Positions 19,542-28,406 of a stretch of DNA of 64,000 bases are shown piece by piece (position 1 is the stretch's first letter; each line of letters starts with the position of its first letter). A program made the translations under genes and the position numbers. The notes beneath the pieces are model-generated. The model did no database searches and was not told the DNA's origin. It saw only the letters and a program-made list of their open reading frames with translations. This DNA is from a virus (lineage: Duplodnaviria; Caudoviricetes): positions 64,001 through 128,000 of the IMG/VR virus record IMGVR_UViG_2901201504_000001; one strand, given 5' to 3'.

Positions 19542-19718
19542 TTGATTAAAATAGATGAATTAACTGAGAAAAAGATTTCAAAAGTAATGGATGGGTGGTT
19601 TCATGATATGAAAAGTCATCCTAATCACAAGACAAGGGAATTTGCTGGAGCTTTGTATATGGGAATGTTAAAAACATTAAATATTTTAGACATCAAAGTT
19701 AAAAAGTATAATGAATAA
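19542..19718 (+). CDS. Hypothetical protein (not in the ORF track)
   Basis: TTG start after AAAGGA; 58 aa; stop lies in palindrome 19715. Confidence 0.55.
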   Translation: MIKIDELTEKKISKVMDGWFHDMKSHPNHKTREFAGALYMGMLKTLNILDIKVKKYNE

Positions 19719-19763
19719 AATGATTCATTTATATTTGAAAAAGCTGGAAAATTCCAGCTTAAT

Positions 19764-19991
19764 TTACTCGTTGGTTACGGTTCTATCTGCAGGTTCAACT
19801 GATGGTTTAAATAATAAACCTAAATTAATTAGACCAGCAATCCCAACTACTGCATAGACAAATCTTGAAAAAGCAGTGCCTTGACCACCAAATATAGAGG
19901 CAACTAAATCAAATTGGAAAAATCCAATTAGTCCCCAGTTAATTGCACCAATAATTGTTAGAGCAAGTGCTATTCTTTGAAAAGTACTCAT
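19764..19991 (-). CDS. DUF378 (YuzA-like) membrane protein
   Basis: IIGAINWGLIGFFQFDLVASIFGG...SRFVY; RBS AAGGAG; hairpin at 19741-19760. Confidence 0.88.
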   Translation of the reverse strand: MSTFQRIALALTIIGAINWGLIGFFQFDLVASIFGGQGTAFSRFVYAVVGIAGLINLGLLFKPSVEPADRTVTNE

Positions 19992-20112
19992 AATAGTTCT
20001 CCTTATCAATTATTAAGATTATTACAGTATATATTTTGTCCAATTAGTTAAAGTATATTCGGGAATGGGTTTCAAGATAAAATGAAATGGACTTTTTAAT
20101 GGGAGGAATAAC

Positions 20113-20322
20113 ATGAGATGTCAATACGATGTACCTTGGGTTGGTCAATGTAAAAATGAAGCAATAGTGGGAAGTAAAAACTGTAAAGAACACTCAATAT
20201 TATGTAAAGTTTGCAAAGAAAGATTAGCTACACACGGTTGTTCATGTGCCGGAAGTTGGGTGTGTGGAACTCCTTTATGTAGTGAAAAAACATGTATTGA
20301 TAAGCATTGGAGTAAACATTGA
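20113..20322 (+). CDS. Cys-rich small protein
   Basis: Many Cys/His; RBS GGGAGG; lies between palindromes 20082 and 20329. Confidence 0.7.
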   Translation: MRCQYDVPWVGQCKNEAIVGSKNCKEHSILCKVCKERLATHGCSCAGSWVCGTPLCSEKTCIDKHWSKH

Positions 20323-20437
20323 ATTAAGATAAAAACTCAATTTTATTTAGATTTACTACATTCAATTACATACGACTAATTAATGATTGTTTACTGATAA
20401 TCTAGTAAAATATACCTTATGAAAGGAGGAGCGATAT

Positions 20438-21388
20438 ATGCAAAAAAAATTACAGGTATTTATATCGTCTACATTTACAGACTTAATTGAGGAAAGGCAG
20501 ACTGCTGTAGAAGCGGTACTAAACGCAGGACATATACCAGCTGGAATGGAATTATTTAAATCAGGTGATAAAAGCCAAAAAGAAGTTATTAAAAAATGGA
20601 TTGATGAATCTGATGTATATATGTTGATTTTAGGTGGCAGATATGGGTCGATTGATGAAGAGACAGGTAAGAGTTATACTCACTGGGAGTATGATTATGC
20701 AGGAGAAATAGGTAAACCAAGATTCGCAATCGTAATAACTGATGAAGCTATGGAAGAAAAGGTTAGAGAACATGGTCAAGACGTTTTGGAGAGAATTAAT
20801 TATCAAAAGTACATAGAATTTAAAGAGCAGGTACTTGGAAAGATTTCGAAATTTTATAGTGATCTTAAAGATATTAAAATTGTCGTTTTAGAGTCATTAA
20901 AAGAATTTGAAAAAGATGAAAACTTAAATGGGTGGGTATCTGGAGCGAATATTAATAATCAACAAGAGTTGTTAACATCAAATTTAAGATTATTAGAAGA
21001 GAATGCCTCTCTAAAAAATAAATTAGAAGAAGCTTTGAACAAAATTCAAAAATCAAATGAGATTAATGGTTACTCATATGATGAGATATATAAATATTTG
21101 TCATTCGAAAAGTTGGAATTACCAGAAAAATTATTCCCAGAGTTAGTTGGGAAAAAAGTATCGCTTTTGAAATTATTTCTTGCATTTAAAGATCGATTAG
21201 CAATTGGAATAACTAATGATGTACACATGACTGATGAAAATAATTTTTACTTTTTTAGTGTAGCCCCAACGCTTATTGCTCTGGGATTATACGAAAAGGT
21301 TAAAGTTGCGGGGGTAACCTATCAAAGAATTCAAACTTCAAAAGATGGTAATAAATTTTTATCTTTATACGAATTGTCAAAAAAATAA
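20438..21388 (+). CDS. DUF4062-domain protein (TIR-like fold plus coiled coil), candidate defence gene
   Basis: VFISSTFTDLIEER...AGMELF...LGGRYGS...SYTHWEY. Confidence 0.85.
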   Translation: MQKKLQVFISSTFTDLIEERQTAVEAVLNAGHIPAGMELFKSGDKSQKEVIKKWIDESDVYMLILGGRYGSIDEETGKSYTHWEYDYAGEIGKPRFAIVITDEAMEEKVREHGQDVLERINYQKYIEFKEQVLGKISKFYSDLKDIKIVVLESLKEFEKDENLNGWVSGANINNQQELLTSNLRLLEENASLKNKLEEALNKIQKSNEINGYSYDEIYKYLSFEKLELPEKLFPELVGKKVSLLKLFLAFKDRLAIGITNDVHMTDENNFYFFSVAPTLIALGLYEKVKVAGVTYQRIQTSKDGNKFLSLYELSKK

Positions 21389-21412
21389 TTAAGGAGGCGA
21401 AAGCCTCCTTAA
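21389..21412. terminator. Terminator hairpin
   Basis: TTAAGGAGGC-GAAA-GCCTCCTTAA. Confidence 0.8.
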
Positions 21413-21475
21413 TGTTAATAATGTCATATTTAGTTAATAAAAGTTAGATTTTAAAGTGAAAGGAAAGTTGAATTA

Positions 21476-21982
21476 TTGAGTAAATCATGTTGTTTTACAG
21501 GGCATAGACCGAACAAATTAAATGGATATAATCCAAGTGATAATAAAGAGCTATTGTTTAAACTTAGAGATATAATTATCGATCACATTGAGAATAAAGA
21601 AGTTGATAAGTTCATAACTGGAATGGCATTGGGTATTGATATGTGGGCAGGAAGAATTGTATTGAAACTTAAAGAAAAATATCCACACATTAAATTAGTT
21701 GCCGCAGTACCATGTGTGAATCAATACAATAAGTGGCCTCAAAAATCTAAGGATGAATGGCAAAGCATTATACATAAATGTGATGAAGTACATTATGTAT
21801 CAAATGATACTTATACATCATGGTGCATGAATAAGAGGAACGAATGGATGGTGGATAATTCACGATATGTGATAGCTGTTTGGGATGGCGCAAAAGGCGG
21901 TACTGGAAACTGTGTAAATTATGCAGTAAAGAAAGGCAACGAAATAATTCAGCTACATCCTAAGAGTTTAAAAATAAATTAA
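21476..21982 (+). CDS. SLOG family protein (DUF1273/YspA/YoqJ-like)
   Basis: FTGHRP, TGMALGID, RNEWMVD, WDGAKGGT. Confidence 0.88.
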   Translation: MSKSCCFTGHRPNKLNGYNPSDNKELLFKLRDIIIDHIENKEVDKFITGMALGIDMWAGRIVLKLKEKYPHIKLVAAVPCVNQYNKWPQKSKDEWQSIIHKCDEVHYVSNDTYTSWCMNKRNEWMVDNSRYVIAVWDGAKGGTGNCVNYAVKKGNEIIQLHPKSLKIN

Positions 21983-22020
21983 TTTAAAATCATGGTTTTA
22001 ATATAAGGAGATGAGATTTA

Positions 22021-22584
22021 ATGGCTACAATTGAAAATTCATTTAATGGTGTTGAAATTGGAAAATATGATAACAGTAATGATTTAAGTGCAGCTTTAAA
22101 GAAATATGTTGGTAATAATGTTTTCTTTTTCTGCGTTGGAACAGACCGAGCTACAGGTGATTCAATAGCTCCTTTTGTTGGAACATTTTTAAAAGAAAAA
22201 GGTTATACAAATGTTATGGGTACTTTAGAAGATCCTGTTCATGCACAAAATATTGAGGAGAAAATCAAAGAAATACCTGAGGGATTTACAATTTTGGCTA
22301 TTGATGCTTCTATTGGACGAATAAATAATATTGGGAAATTTCTACTGAAAAGCGGTAGTTTAAAAGCTGGAGCAGGGGTAGGGAAAGATTTACCAATGGT
22401 GGGAGACTATCATATTCAAGCTGTAGTAAGCACTGGATCAGGTAATAATAGTTTTAATTTTATGATGTTAGCTAATACGAGAATGAGTTTAATATATGAT
22501 ATGGCAAATAAATTAACAGCAGCAATTGAGTCAGCTTATCCTTTAAGTTATAAATTAATGAATAAAGAAGAAGCTGCTTTATAA
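22021..22584 (+). CDS. yyaC: Spore protease YyaC-like protein
   Basis: CVGTDRATGDSIAPFVG, GTLEDPVHA, AIDASIG, GAGVGKDLP, NTRMS. Confidence 0.9.
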   Translation: MATIENSFNGVEIGKYDNSNDLSAALKKYVGNNVFFFCVGTDRATGDSIAPFVGTFLKEKGYTNVMGTLEDPVHAQNIEEKIKEIPEGFTILAIDASIGRINNIGKFLLKSGSLKAGAGVGKDLPMVGDYHIQAVVSTGSGNNSFNFMMLANTRMSLIYDMANKLTAAIESAYPLSYKLMNKEEAAL

Positions 22585-22622
22585 TGAAATCCTTATTTTA
22601 TTAAGAGTGGAGGAAGCTCATA

Positions 22623-22844
22623 TTGAATAAATTTAGACGTAGAGCATACGTTAAATCGCTAGATACAGTTAGGAAAGATGGTAAAGAAGGCGACAAAATA
22701 ATCATTATCAAACCTTCACATACAGAAATAATGCTTGGATATAACATTGGTGACATCTTTACTGTTGGGGTTGAGTTTTCAAAATCAATCAAAACTACAT
22801 GTGGTCTACACTTGTGGAACTATGAATATATAGTTTTAGTTTAA
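22623..22844 (+). CDS. Hypothetical protein
   Basis: Between palindromes 22584 and 22844; RBS GGAGG. Confidence 0.6.
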   Translation: MNKFRRRAYVKSLDTVRKDGKEGDKIIIIKPSHTEIMLGYNIGDIFTVGVEFSKSIKTTCGLHLWNYEYIVLV

Positions 22845-23019
22845 TAGATTCTTTATTTTATACAATGGAGGTATTTTATGAATGAAGAATTAAAAGAATT
22901 ATACAAAATCTTTCTTTGGATTTAGATTACGGTTGGGATATTGAAGGAAAGTATTTAACTATTTCAATTAACTATGATGGTGAAACAATTTGTAATGAAA
23001 GTGTAATTATAGAAAGAGA

Positions 23020-23241
23020 TTGATAAATGTCATATTCTATACAGAGAAATGGGGAATAGCAATGAGAAAAAGAGTTGTATATTTACAAGATAATATGATT
23101 AATGATAATGAAATGGTTATTTTTTCGGCAGATATTCCATATGTGACAGAAGGAAATTTAATAGTGAATGAGGATAATTTAGCTATACCAATACATGATA
23201 TTTGGGTAGATTTTAATGTAGTTTATGAGTATAACTTATAA
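23020..23241 (+). CDS. Hypothetical protein
   Basis: Likely start 23062; stop lies in palindrome 23238. Confidence 0.5.
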   Translation: MINVIFYTEKWGIAMRKRVVYLQDNMINDNEMVIFSADIPYVTEGNLIVNEDNLAIPIHDIWVDFNVVYEYNL

Positions 23242-23273
23242 ACGTCTTATTTTATACAGAATGGAGTGAGTTT

Positions 23274-23375
23274 ATGATTTGGATTATATTAACCATTATC
23301 CAAATACCTTTCACGTTAGCAGTTTTATGGATATTAGGGATGATAATTTACGAGCATTTTGAATGGTTCAATTAA
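23274..23375 (+). CDS. 33-aa single-TM microprotein (not in the ORF track)
   Basis: MIWIILTIIQIPFTLAVLWILGMIIYEHFEWFN; RBS GGAG; between palindromes 23238 and 23377. Confidence 0.55.
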   Translation: MIWIILTIIQIPFTLAVLWILGMIIYEHFEWFN

Positions 23376-23410
23376 GATAAAAGTCGTGATTTATACAATG
23401 AGGTGAAAGA

Positions 23411-23695
23411 ATGATATATAAAGCAATTATATCTGGACATATATTTATAGATGATAATGACAACAAAGATATCGAAATACTAACTCAAATTGATAACGAT
23501 AAAGAGTGTATAGATGTTTTTTGTGATATTGACCATGCTTTAATTGATACGATTGATATTGGAGAAAGTGATGATTATTATTTTATAGCTATTATTAAAT
23601 CAGAATGGATTGAATATCAGTCTTGGGAAGGCTCTGAATGGGAAGTGGAGCATGAGGTTATAGAGATAAAAGATGTAGATTTGATTATAAAATAA
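23411..23695 (+). CDS. Hypothetical acidic protein
   Basis: RBS GAGGTG; between palindromes 23377 and 23697. Confidence 0.7.
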   Translation: MIYKAIISGHIFIDDNDNKDIEILTQIDNDKECIDVFCDIDHALIDTIDIGESDDYYFIAIIKSEWIEYQSWEGSEWEVEHEVIEIKDVDLIIK

Positions 23696-23729
23696 GATAA
23701 AATTCACGTTTTATAAGAGGAGGGATTTA

Positions 23730-23927
23730 TTGAAAATACGTAGAGAATTGGATAATGGAAAAATCATGACGTTGTGTGTTAAATGTGACCATATTAGTCA
23801 TACATATCGTGGGAAATGTACATATTGTGGAGAGCAAAAAGAATATGATTTTTTCTTCTCTTTACCTACGAAAGAAAGAGAGAACTTATTAGAAATTTTA
23901 ATTGAATACAATAAACAAAGCGAATAA
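23730..23927 (+). CDS. Zinc-ribbon protein
   Basis: CVKC...CTYC; RBS GAGGAGG. Confidence 0.65.
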   Translation: MKIRRELDNGKIMTLCVKCDHISHTYRGKCTYCGEQKEYDFFFSLPTKERENLLEILIEYNKQSE

Positions 23928-23956
23928 AAATTATTTTAAACAAAGTAGGTATTTAA

Positions 23957-24055
23957 ATGAAAGTAGTTAAATGTCCACAATGCGGAAGAGAAGTTAAATT
24001 AATCGAACATATAAACAAATGTGAATGTGGAGCAAGAATCAAAGTGTTGGAGTAG
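23957..24055 (+). CDS. 32-aa zinc-ribbon microprotein (not in the ORF track)
   Basis: MKVVKCPQCG...CECG. Confidence 0.5.
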   Translation: MKVVKCPQCGREVKLIEHINKCECGARIKVLE

Positions 24056-24339
24056 AAACAAGATAAAAATTATATTTTATACAAGGTGATTATATGAAAT
24101 GTGCCAGAAGTAGAAACAATGAGATGTATCTGAATGGTACAACAATTATTTGATGAGTTACGTAAGAATTATTTCTCACCCTAAATATACACATGAGCAA
24201 AGAGTTAAATATAATGAAATACTTCTAGCTTGGTATGAGAATTTTAATGGATATTTAGAGGAATATGATTGTTGATAAAAACTAGATTTTATATAAAGGA
24301 GTGATGATATGAGTGAATATAAGTATATTGAATCCACTC

Positions 24340-24481
24340 ACTTGAACAACTCATTCTTGAATGATGATTATGTGTATTGGTTTAATAATATTCATAATCA
24401 TAAAACATTGGGATATTAATCACCAGTAGAATTTAAGCATCAGCCCTTATAAAAGTTGTCCAGTTTAATGTTGACATTCCA
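24340..24481 (+). mobile_element. IS3-family remnant (transposase C-terminus plus right end)
   Basis: Translates DDYVYWFNNIHNHKTLGY*SPVEFK; ends TTGTCCAGTTTAATGTTGACATTCCA, like an IS3 terminus ending in CA. Confidence 0.75.
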
Positions 24482-24581
24482 TTGATGTTGATTTATTATC
24501 CTAATGGAAAAATAAGAGTGTAAGAACCAATAATAAATTTTTTAGAATGCAACTTCAAAAAATATAGAGGAGAATTAACGT

Positions 24582-25487
24582 GTGAAAAATTTATGGCTAC
24601 TTAAAAATAAATCAGATAACAGAAATAATAAGTTTGTAGATAAAATACCTGGTTGGATATATCTTCTAATATGCAGTATTGGCATCATGGTTCTCTTTTA
24701 TGGAACGCAATTAATTGTGGGTATTTCACTTCAAACTATCTTTAATTTTATTCCAGAAACTAGTTCTACATATCGTTTTATAGGAGTCATTCGTACTTTT
24801 ATTGGAATATGGATGCTGCTGCTAGTATATGTTTACATATTTAAGAACCCTATTTCTAGTATAGGATTTACCAGAGATCGGTCATATAAGATTATTTCGA
24901 ATATACTTAGTGGTCTAGCAATTGGTATGTTTATTAATTTTGCAGGTATCTATATATACTCTCTTATGTTTAATGTTCAAATTGGAATTACAGAACAAAT
25001 CTCTAGTTTTAATGTTTATCCATATGTTTTACTATGTTTTGTTACTTACCTTATCCAAGGTGGCGCAGAGGAACTTGTTTTTAGAGGTTTTCTAACGAAA
25101 TGGCTCGTGAAAAAATACAATCTTTTACTTGTCTTTCTTTTCACTTCTATTCTATTTTCTCTCATGCATTCCTTTGGTGGGTTTAATCCCGTATTTTTGA
25201 CGTATGCTCTTTGTTTTGGATTTTTATTATTTTTAGTTGCTGTTGATAGTAATTGTATATATAAAAGTATGGTAATTCATGGGGTTTATAACGCTTCCGA
25301 GACGCTTTTTAAATTTAACGATGACAGTATGGAGAAAGAGCATTTATTCTATGCAAATGCTAACATGGAGATTTATATGAATAAGGCCTATCTTATCATC
25401 TCAGCAATAATACTTGTTTTCTGTGTATATTATTTAATAAAACTGCACAAAAAGAATCCAAAATGGTATTTCATGAGAAGCAACTAG
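24582..25487 (+). CDS. CPBP/CAAX (Abi) intramembrane metalloprotease
   Basis: EELVFRG, FSLMH, HGVYN; multiple TMs. Confidence 0.9.
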   Translation: MKNLWLLKNKSDNRNNKFVDKIPGWIYLLICSIGIMVLFYGTQLIVGISLQTIFNFIPETSSTYRFIGVIRTFIGIWMLLLVYVYIFKNPISSIGFTRDRSYKIISNILSGLAIGMFINFAGIYIYSLMFNVQIGITEQISSFNVYPYVLLCFVTYLIQGGAEELVFRGFLTKWLVKKYNLLLVFLFTSILFSLMHSFGGFNPVFLTYALCFGFLLFLVAVDSNCIYKSMVIHGVYNASETLFKFNDDSMEKEHLFYANANMEIYMNKAYLIISAIILVFCVYYLIKLHKKNPKWYFMRSN

Positions 25488-25516
25488 GATTGTTAATTAT
25501 AGTTTAGGAGATAAAT

Positions 25517-25780
25517 ATGAATTTAACAAAGGTACAAAAAAGAATTAATCTATATCAAGAAAACCCAGTATTTCATGAATTAACTTGTGGTAACAATTCA
25601 AAGCATGGGACACTAAAAGCACAAATTATTGGTGACAAAGTAGTTTTGATTTGTCCTGACTGCGAATACATACAGACTTATATACCAGACTTCTTTTTCA
25701 ATGATCAATTTGAGATTGAATATAATAAACAAAAAGAGTTAATGGATAGAATTAACGAGATACAAAATACAATAAAATAA
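25517..25780 (+). CDS. Hypothetical zinc-binding protein
   Basis: HELTC...CPDC; RBS AGGAG. Confidence 0.7.
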   Translation: MNLTKVQKRINLYQENPVFHELTCGNNSKHGTLKAQIIGDKVVLICPDCEYIQTYIPDFFFNDQFEIEYNKQKELMDRINEIQNTIK

Positions 25781-25795
25781 TACTTTTAAACATCT

Positions 25796-25831
25796 AATAA
25801 AGTGAGATAAATTGTCTTACTTTATTTTTTT
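25796..25831 (+). terminator. Terminator before the lysogeny module
   Basis: AATAAAGTGAGA...TCTTACTTTATT followed by a T run. Confidence 0.65.
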
Positions 25832-25859
25832 GTTATTTTGAATAAATTGGAAATATCAG

Positions 25860-25888
25860 TTGACTTTACTTTAAATTTACTATAAAAT
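25860..25888 (+). promoter_or_regulatory. sigmaA promoter of the yopP-yopQ-yopR-like operon
   Basis: TTGACT-17 bp-TAAAAT. Confidence 0.7.
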
Positions 25889-25936
25889 TTAATTAACGTA
25901 ATATAAACACCTAGATTTTTAAGGGGAGGTTGAATC

Positions 25937-26953
25937 ATGGGAGAAGCAAGAAAGTTAAGGGATCATTATATATATGATGATATTATTGCTTTTTTAAATT
26001 TAGCTCATTATAGTTATAATACAAAATTGTCATATGAAAAAGGAATTAGAGACTTTTTTAGAGAAATTAAAAATAAAGATATTGAGCATCTTACTCAGGA
26101 TGATATCCCCATAATGAAAAAAGAGGTGGAATTATTTAGAACACTGTTGAAAGAACGTGGCTATCATAATAATACAATTAATAATAAAGTAGCAGGATTA
26201 AGAAGACTATATACTGAATTTAAAGCGAATAAATATAATGTTGATGTAGATTTTTTTAGTATTATAAAATCATTACCAAGTGACACAGATTCTTATGATC
26301 CTTTTACTATAGATGAAGCAATGCAATTATATGAGTTAGCTTTAGATGAAAGGCATGATGGTGAGATAAAGTCTAAATTCATTTTGTTTTGCCTGGATAC
26401 TTGTATAAGAAAAAGTGCTGCATTAAAACTAAAATGGTCAGATTTCAAGGTTATAAATGAAAAAGAAGTAAGAATAATTGCTATTGATAAAGGTAATAAA
26501 GACTTTAGAGCGATGATTCATTATGATTTTTATAAAGAATTGTTGGAACTTAAAACTGATTCTGATCTAGTTTTTAATTTGAAACTACCTACTGTAGATA
26601 AAATGATATCTAGATTAGTCACAAAACTAAATGTAGATTCTGAAAGAAACTTAACATTTCACAGTTTAAGAAAAGCAGGAATTGAGTTTAAGTATAGATA
26701 TACTGGTGATATTAAAGTAGCACAAAAAGCAGCTAATCACAGTGATTTTTCGTTAACTTTCAATACTTATGTTAGTACTGAAGATTATGGGGTAATGGGA
26801 GCTGTATCATTGCTACATAAAAATGAAGAATCTATCTTAAACCAATTAAACTTTGAAGAATTAAAAAAACTTATGAATAGCCTAGAGCCAGATGTATTTC
26901 TAAGAGTGGAAAAGATGGCTAGAGAAATGTTCTCGAAGTGTTTGAAAGATTAA
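25937..26953 (+). CDS. yopP: Tyrosine recombinase (YopP/SroD-like), catalytic residues intact
   Basis: SAM-like N-terminal domain; CIRKS (R), DKGNK (K), FHSLRK (HxxR), AANHS (H), NTYV (Y); SPbeta synteny. Confidence 0.85.
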   Translation: MGEARKLRDHYIYDDIIAFLNLAHYSYNTKLSYEKGIRDFFREIKNKDIEHLTQDDIPIMKKEVELFRTLLKERGYHNNTINNKVAGLRRLYTEFKANKYNVDVDFFSIIKSLPSDTDSYDPFTIDEAMQLYELALDERHDGEIKSKFILFCLDTCIRKSAALKLKWSDFKVINEKEVRIIAIDKGNKDFRAMIHYDFYKELLELKTDSDLVFNLKLPTVDKMISRLVTKLNVDSERNLTFHSLRKAGIEFKYRYTGDIKVAQKAANHSDFSLTFNTYVSTEDYGVMGAVSLLHKNEESILNQLNFEELKKLMNSLEPDVFLRVEKMAREMFSKCLKD

Positions 26954-27048
26954 TTTTATTAACATTTTACTAAGTGATACATATAAAGTACAATTAGTAA
27001 TGTGTTGTATATATGATAAATATAATAAGAAGTGAATGAGGTGTTTTT

Positions 27049-28389
27049 TTGTATATTGATAGAGAAGAACTTGAAGAGAGATTGACACCTTTCCTTGAAC
27101 AAGTTAGAAACAATAACCATGCAGTGGATTTAATTTCTAAGAAAATGTTAGATTTCAACATCCTTGAAGGAGATACTATAAATTACTTTAATCAACCAGA
27201 AACTATCGCTGACATGGATTTGAGAGCTTTATGTCTTTTTACAATGTTTGTACAAGAACATGTTAGAGATTCATCTTTAGATATAACTGAAATTTTTACT
27301 CCTAATGATATTAAAGAAGCGAAGCAGTATAATGGAGCATTTGAAATTGAAAAAGAAGAAGATATACTTCCTCTAATAATCGAAGGCGCAGATGCTTTAG
27401 ATAGTACTACAATTTTGACTAAGCTAAATATCCAACAAATCAATAAAATGCTGGATAAAGAGATACTGTATTATGATTTTAATACACAGAGAGAAGCTAA
27501 GTGGAAGAGAAAAGGTAGCACGATCATTCAAACTCCAAAAATTAACCAAAAATCAGTTAAGGAAATTTCTAAATGCATATTAGATGACACTTTAGTTAAG
27601 ACAGTCCTAACATTTAATGCGACTATTGGTAGTAGTGATGAAGAAAATGAATTAATATACAACGAGAAGAAAAGAACAGTTACAATTACTAAAGGAACGA
27701 AAATAGCAATTATTGATGGATTCCATAGGGTTAAAGGAATTCAAATGGCATTGGCTAAAAATCCACATAAAGAGTTTGTTTTCCCTGTACTATTAACAAA
27801 TTATTCTGTTGAAAAAGCAGCTCAATATTTAGGGCAAATTTCTAAAGCAAATCCAATTTCTAAGACTCGTGCTGCTGAATTATTAAAATCAAGAAAAGCT
27901 GATGAGGTAGTACAGTATTTAAAAGAGAGTTCAGAGCTAAAAGGAAGAATTTCTCAAACAGAGAGAATACATTCCATTAATAATGAAATAGTCACTTATA
28001 ATATTTTAGCTGATACTATTGAAAAAGAATTCAAACTAAAAACAAGAATAGATGTAATAAAGGTTGGAAAGTATTTAAGCGAATTCTTTGATATTTTAAT
28101 GGGCTTGTACAGCGATGCCTTTATTGATAATGTTGTGGAAACTAAAAATAAATCATTAATTAATGATAACAATATGTTTGTTGGTTATATAGTGCTTGCT
28201 AGAAGATTGTACGAGCAAGATAAGCCTATTGATATAAATGTAATTGAAGGGATAATGTCTAATATAGATTTTAGCTATGACAATCCACTATGGGAAGAGT
28301 TGGCATTAACGAAAGATGGGAAGAAGAATCATCGTACTCATGTAGTAAGAACAAATATAATGAAATATTTCAATCGATTAGAAATATAA
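27049..28389 (+). CDS. yopQ: DndB/DGQHR-like (ParB-related) protein, YopQ/SroE-like
   Basis: TQRE...IIDGFHR motif; lies between two recombinase-fold genes as in SPbeta. Confidence 0.75.
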   Translation: MYIDREELEERLTPFLEQVRNNNHAVDLISKKMLDFNILEGDTINYFNQPETIADMDLRALCLFTMFVQEHVRDSSLDITEIFTPNDIKEAKQYNGAFEIEKEEDILPLIIEGADALDSTTILTKLNIQQINKMLDKEILYYDFNTQREAKWKRKGSTIIQTPKINQKSVKEISKCILDDTLVKTVLTFNATIGSSDEENELIYNEKKRTVTITKGTKIAIIDGFHRVKGIQMALAKNPHKEFVFPVLLTNYSVEKAAQYLGQISKANPISKTRAAELLKSRKADEVVQYLKESSELKGRISQTERIHSINNEIVTYNILADTIEKEFKLKTRIDVIKVGKYLSEFFDILMGLYSDAFIDNVVETKNKSLINDNNMFVGYIVLARRLYEQDKPIDINVIEGIMSNIDFSYDNPLWEELALTKDGKKNHRTHVVRTNIMKYFNRLEI

Positions 28390-28406
28390 AATAATGAGGG
28401 ATATAT

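Noticed and set aside
27049-28389. Phosphorothioate (Dnd) system
   Set aside because: DndB-like domain only; no dndACDE; fits YopQ synteny
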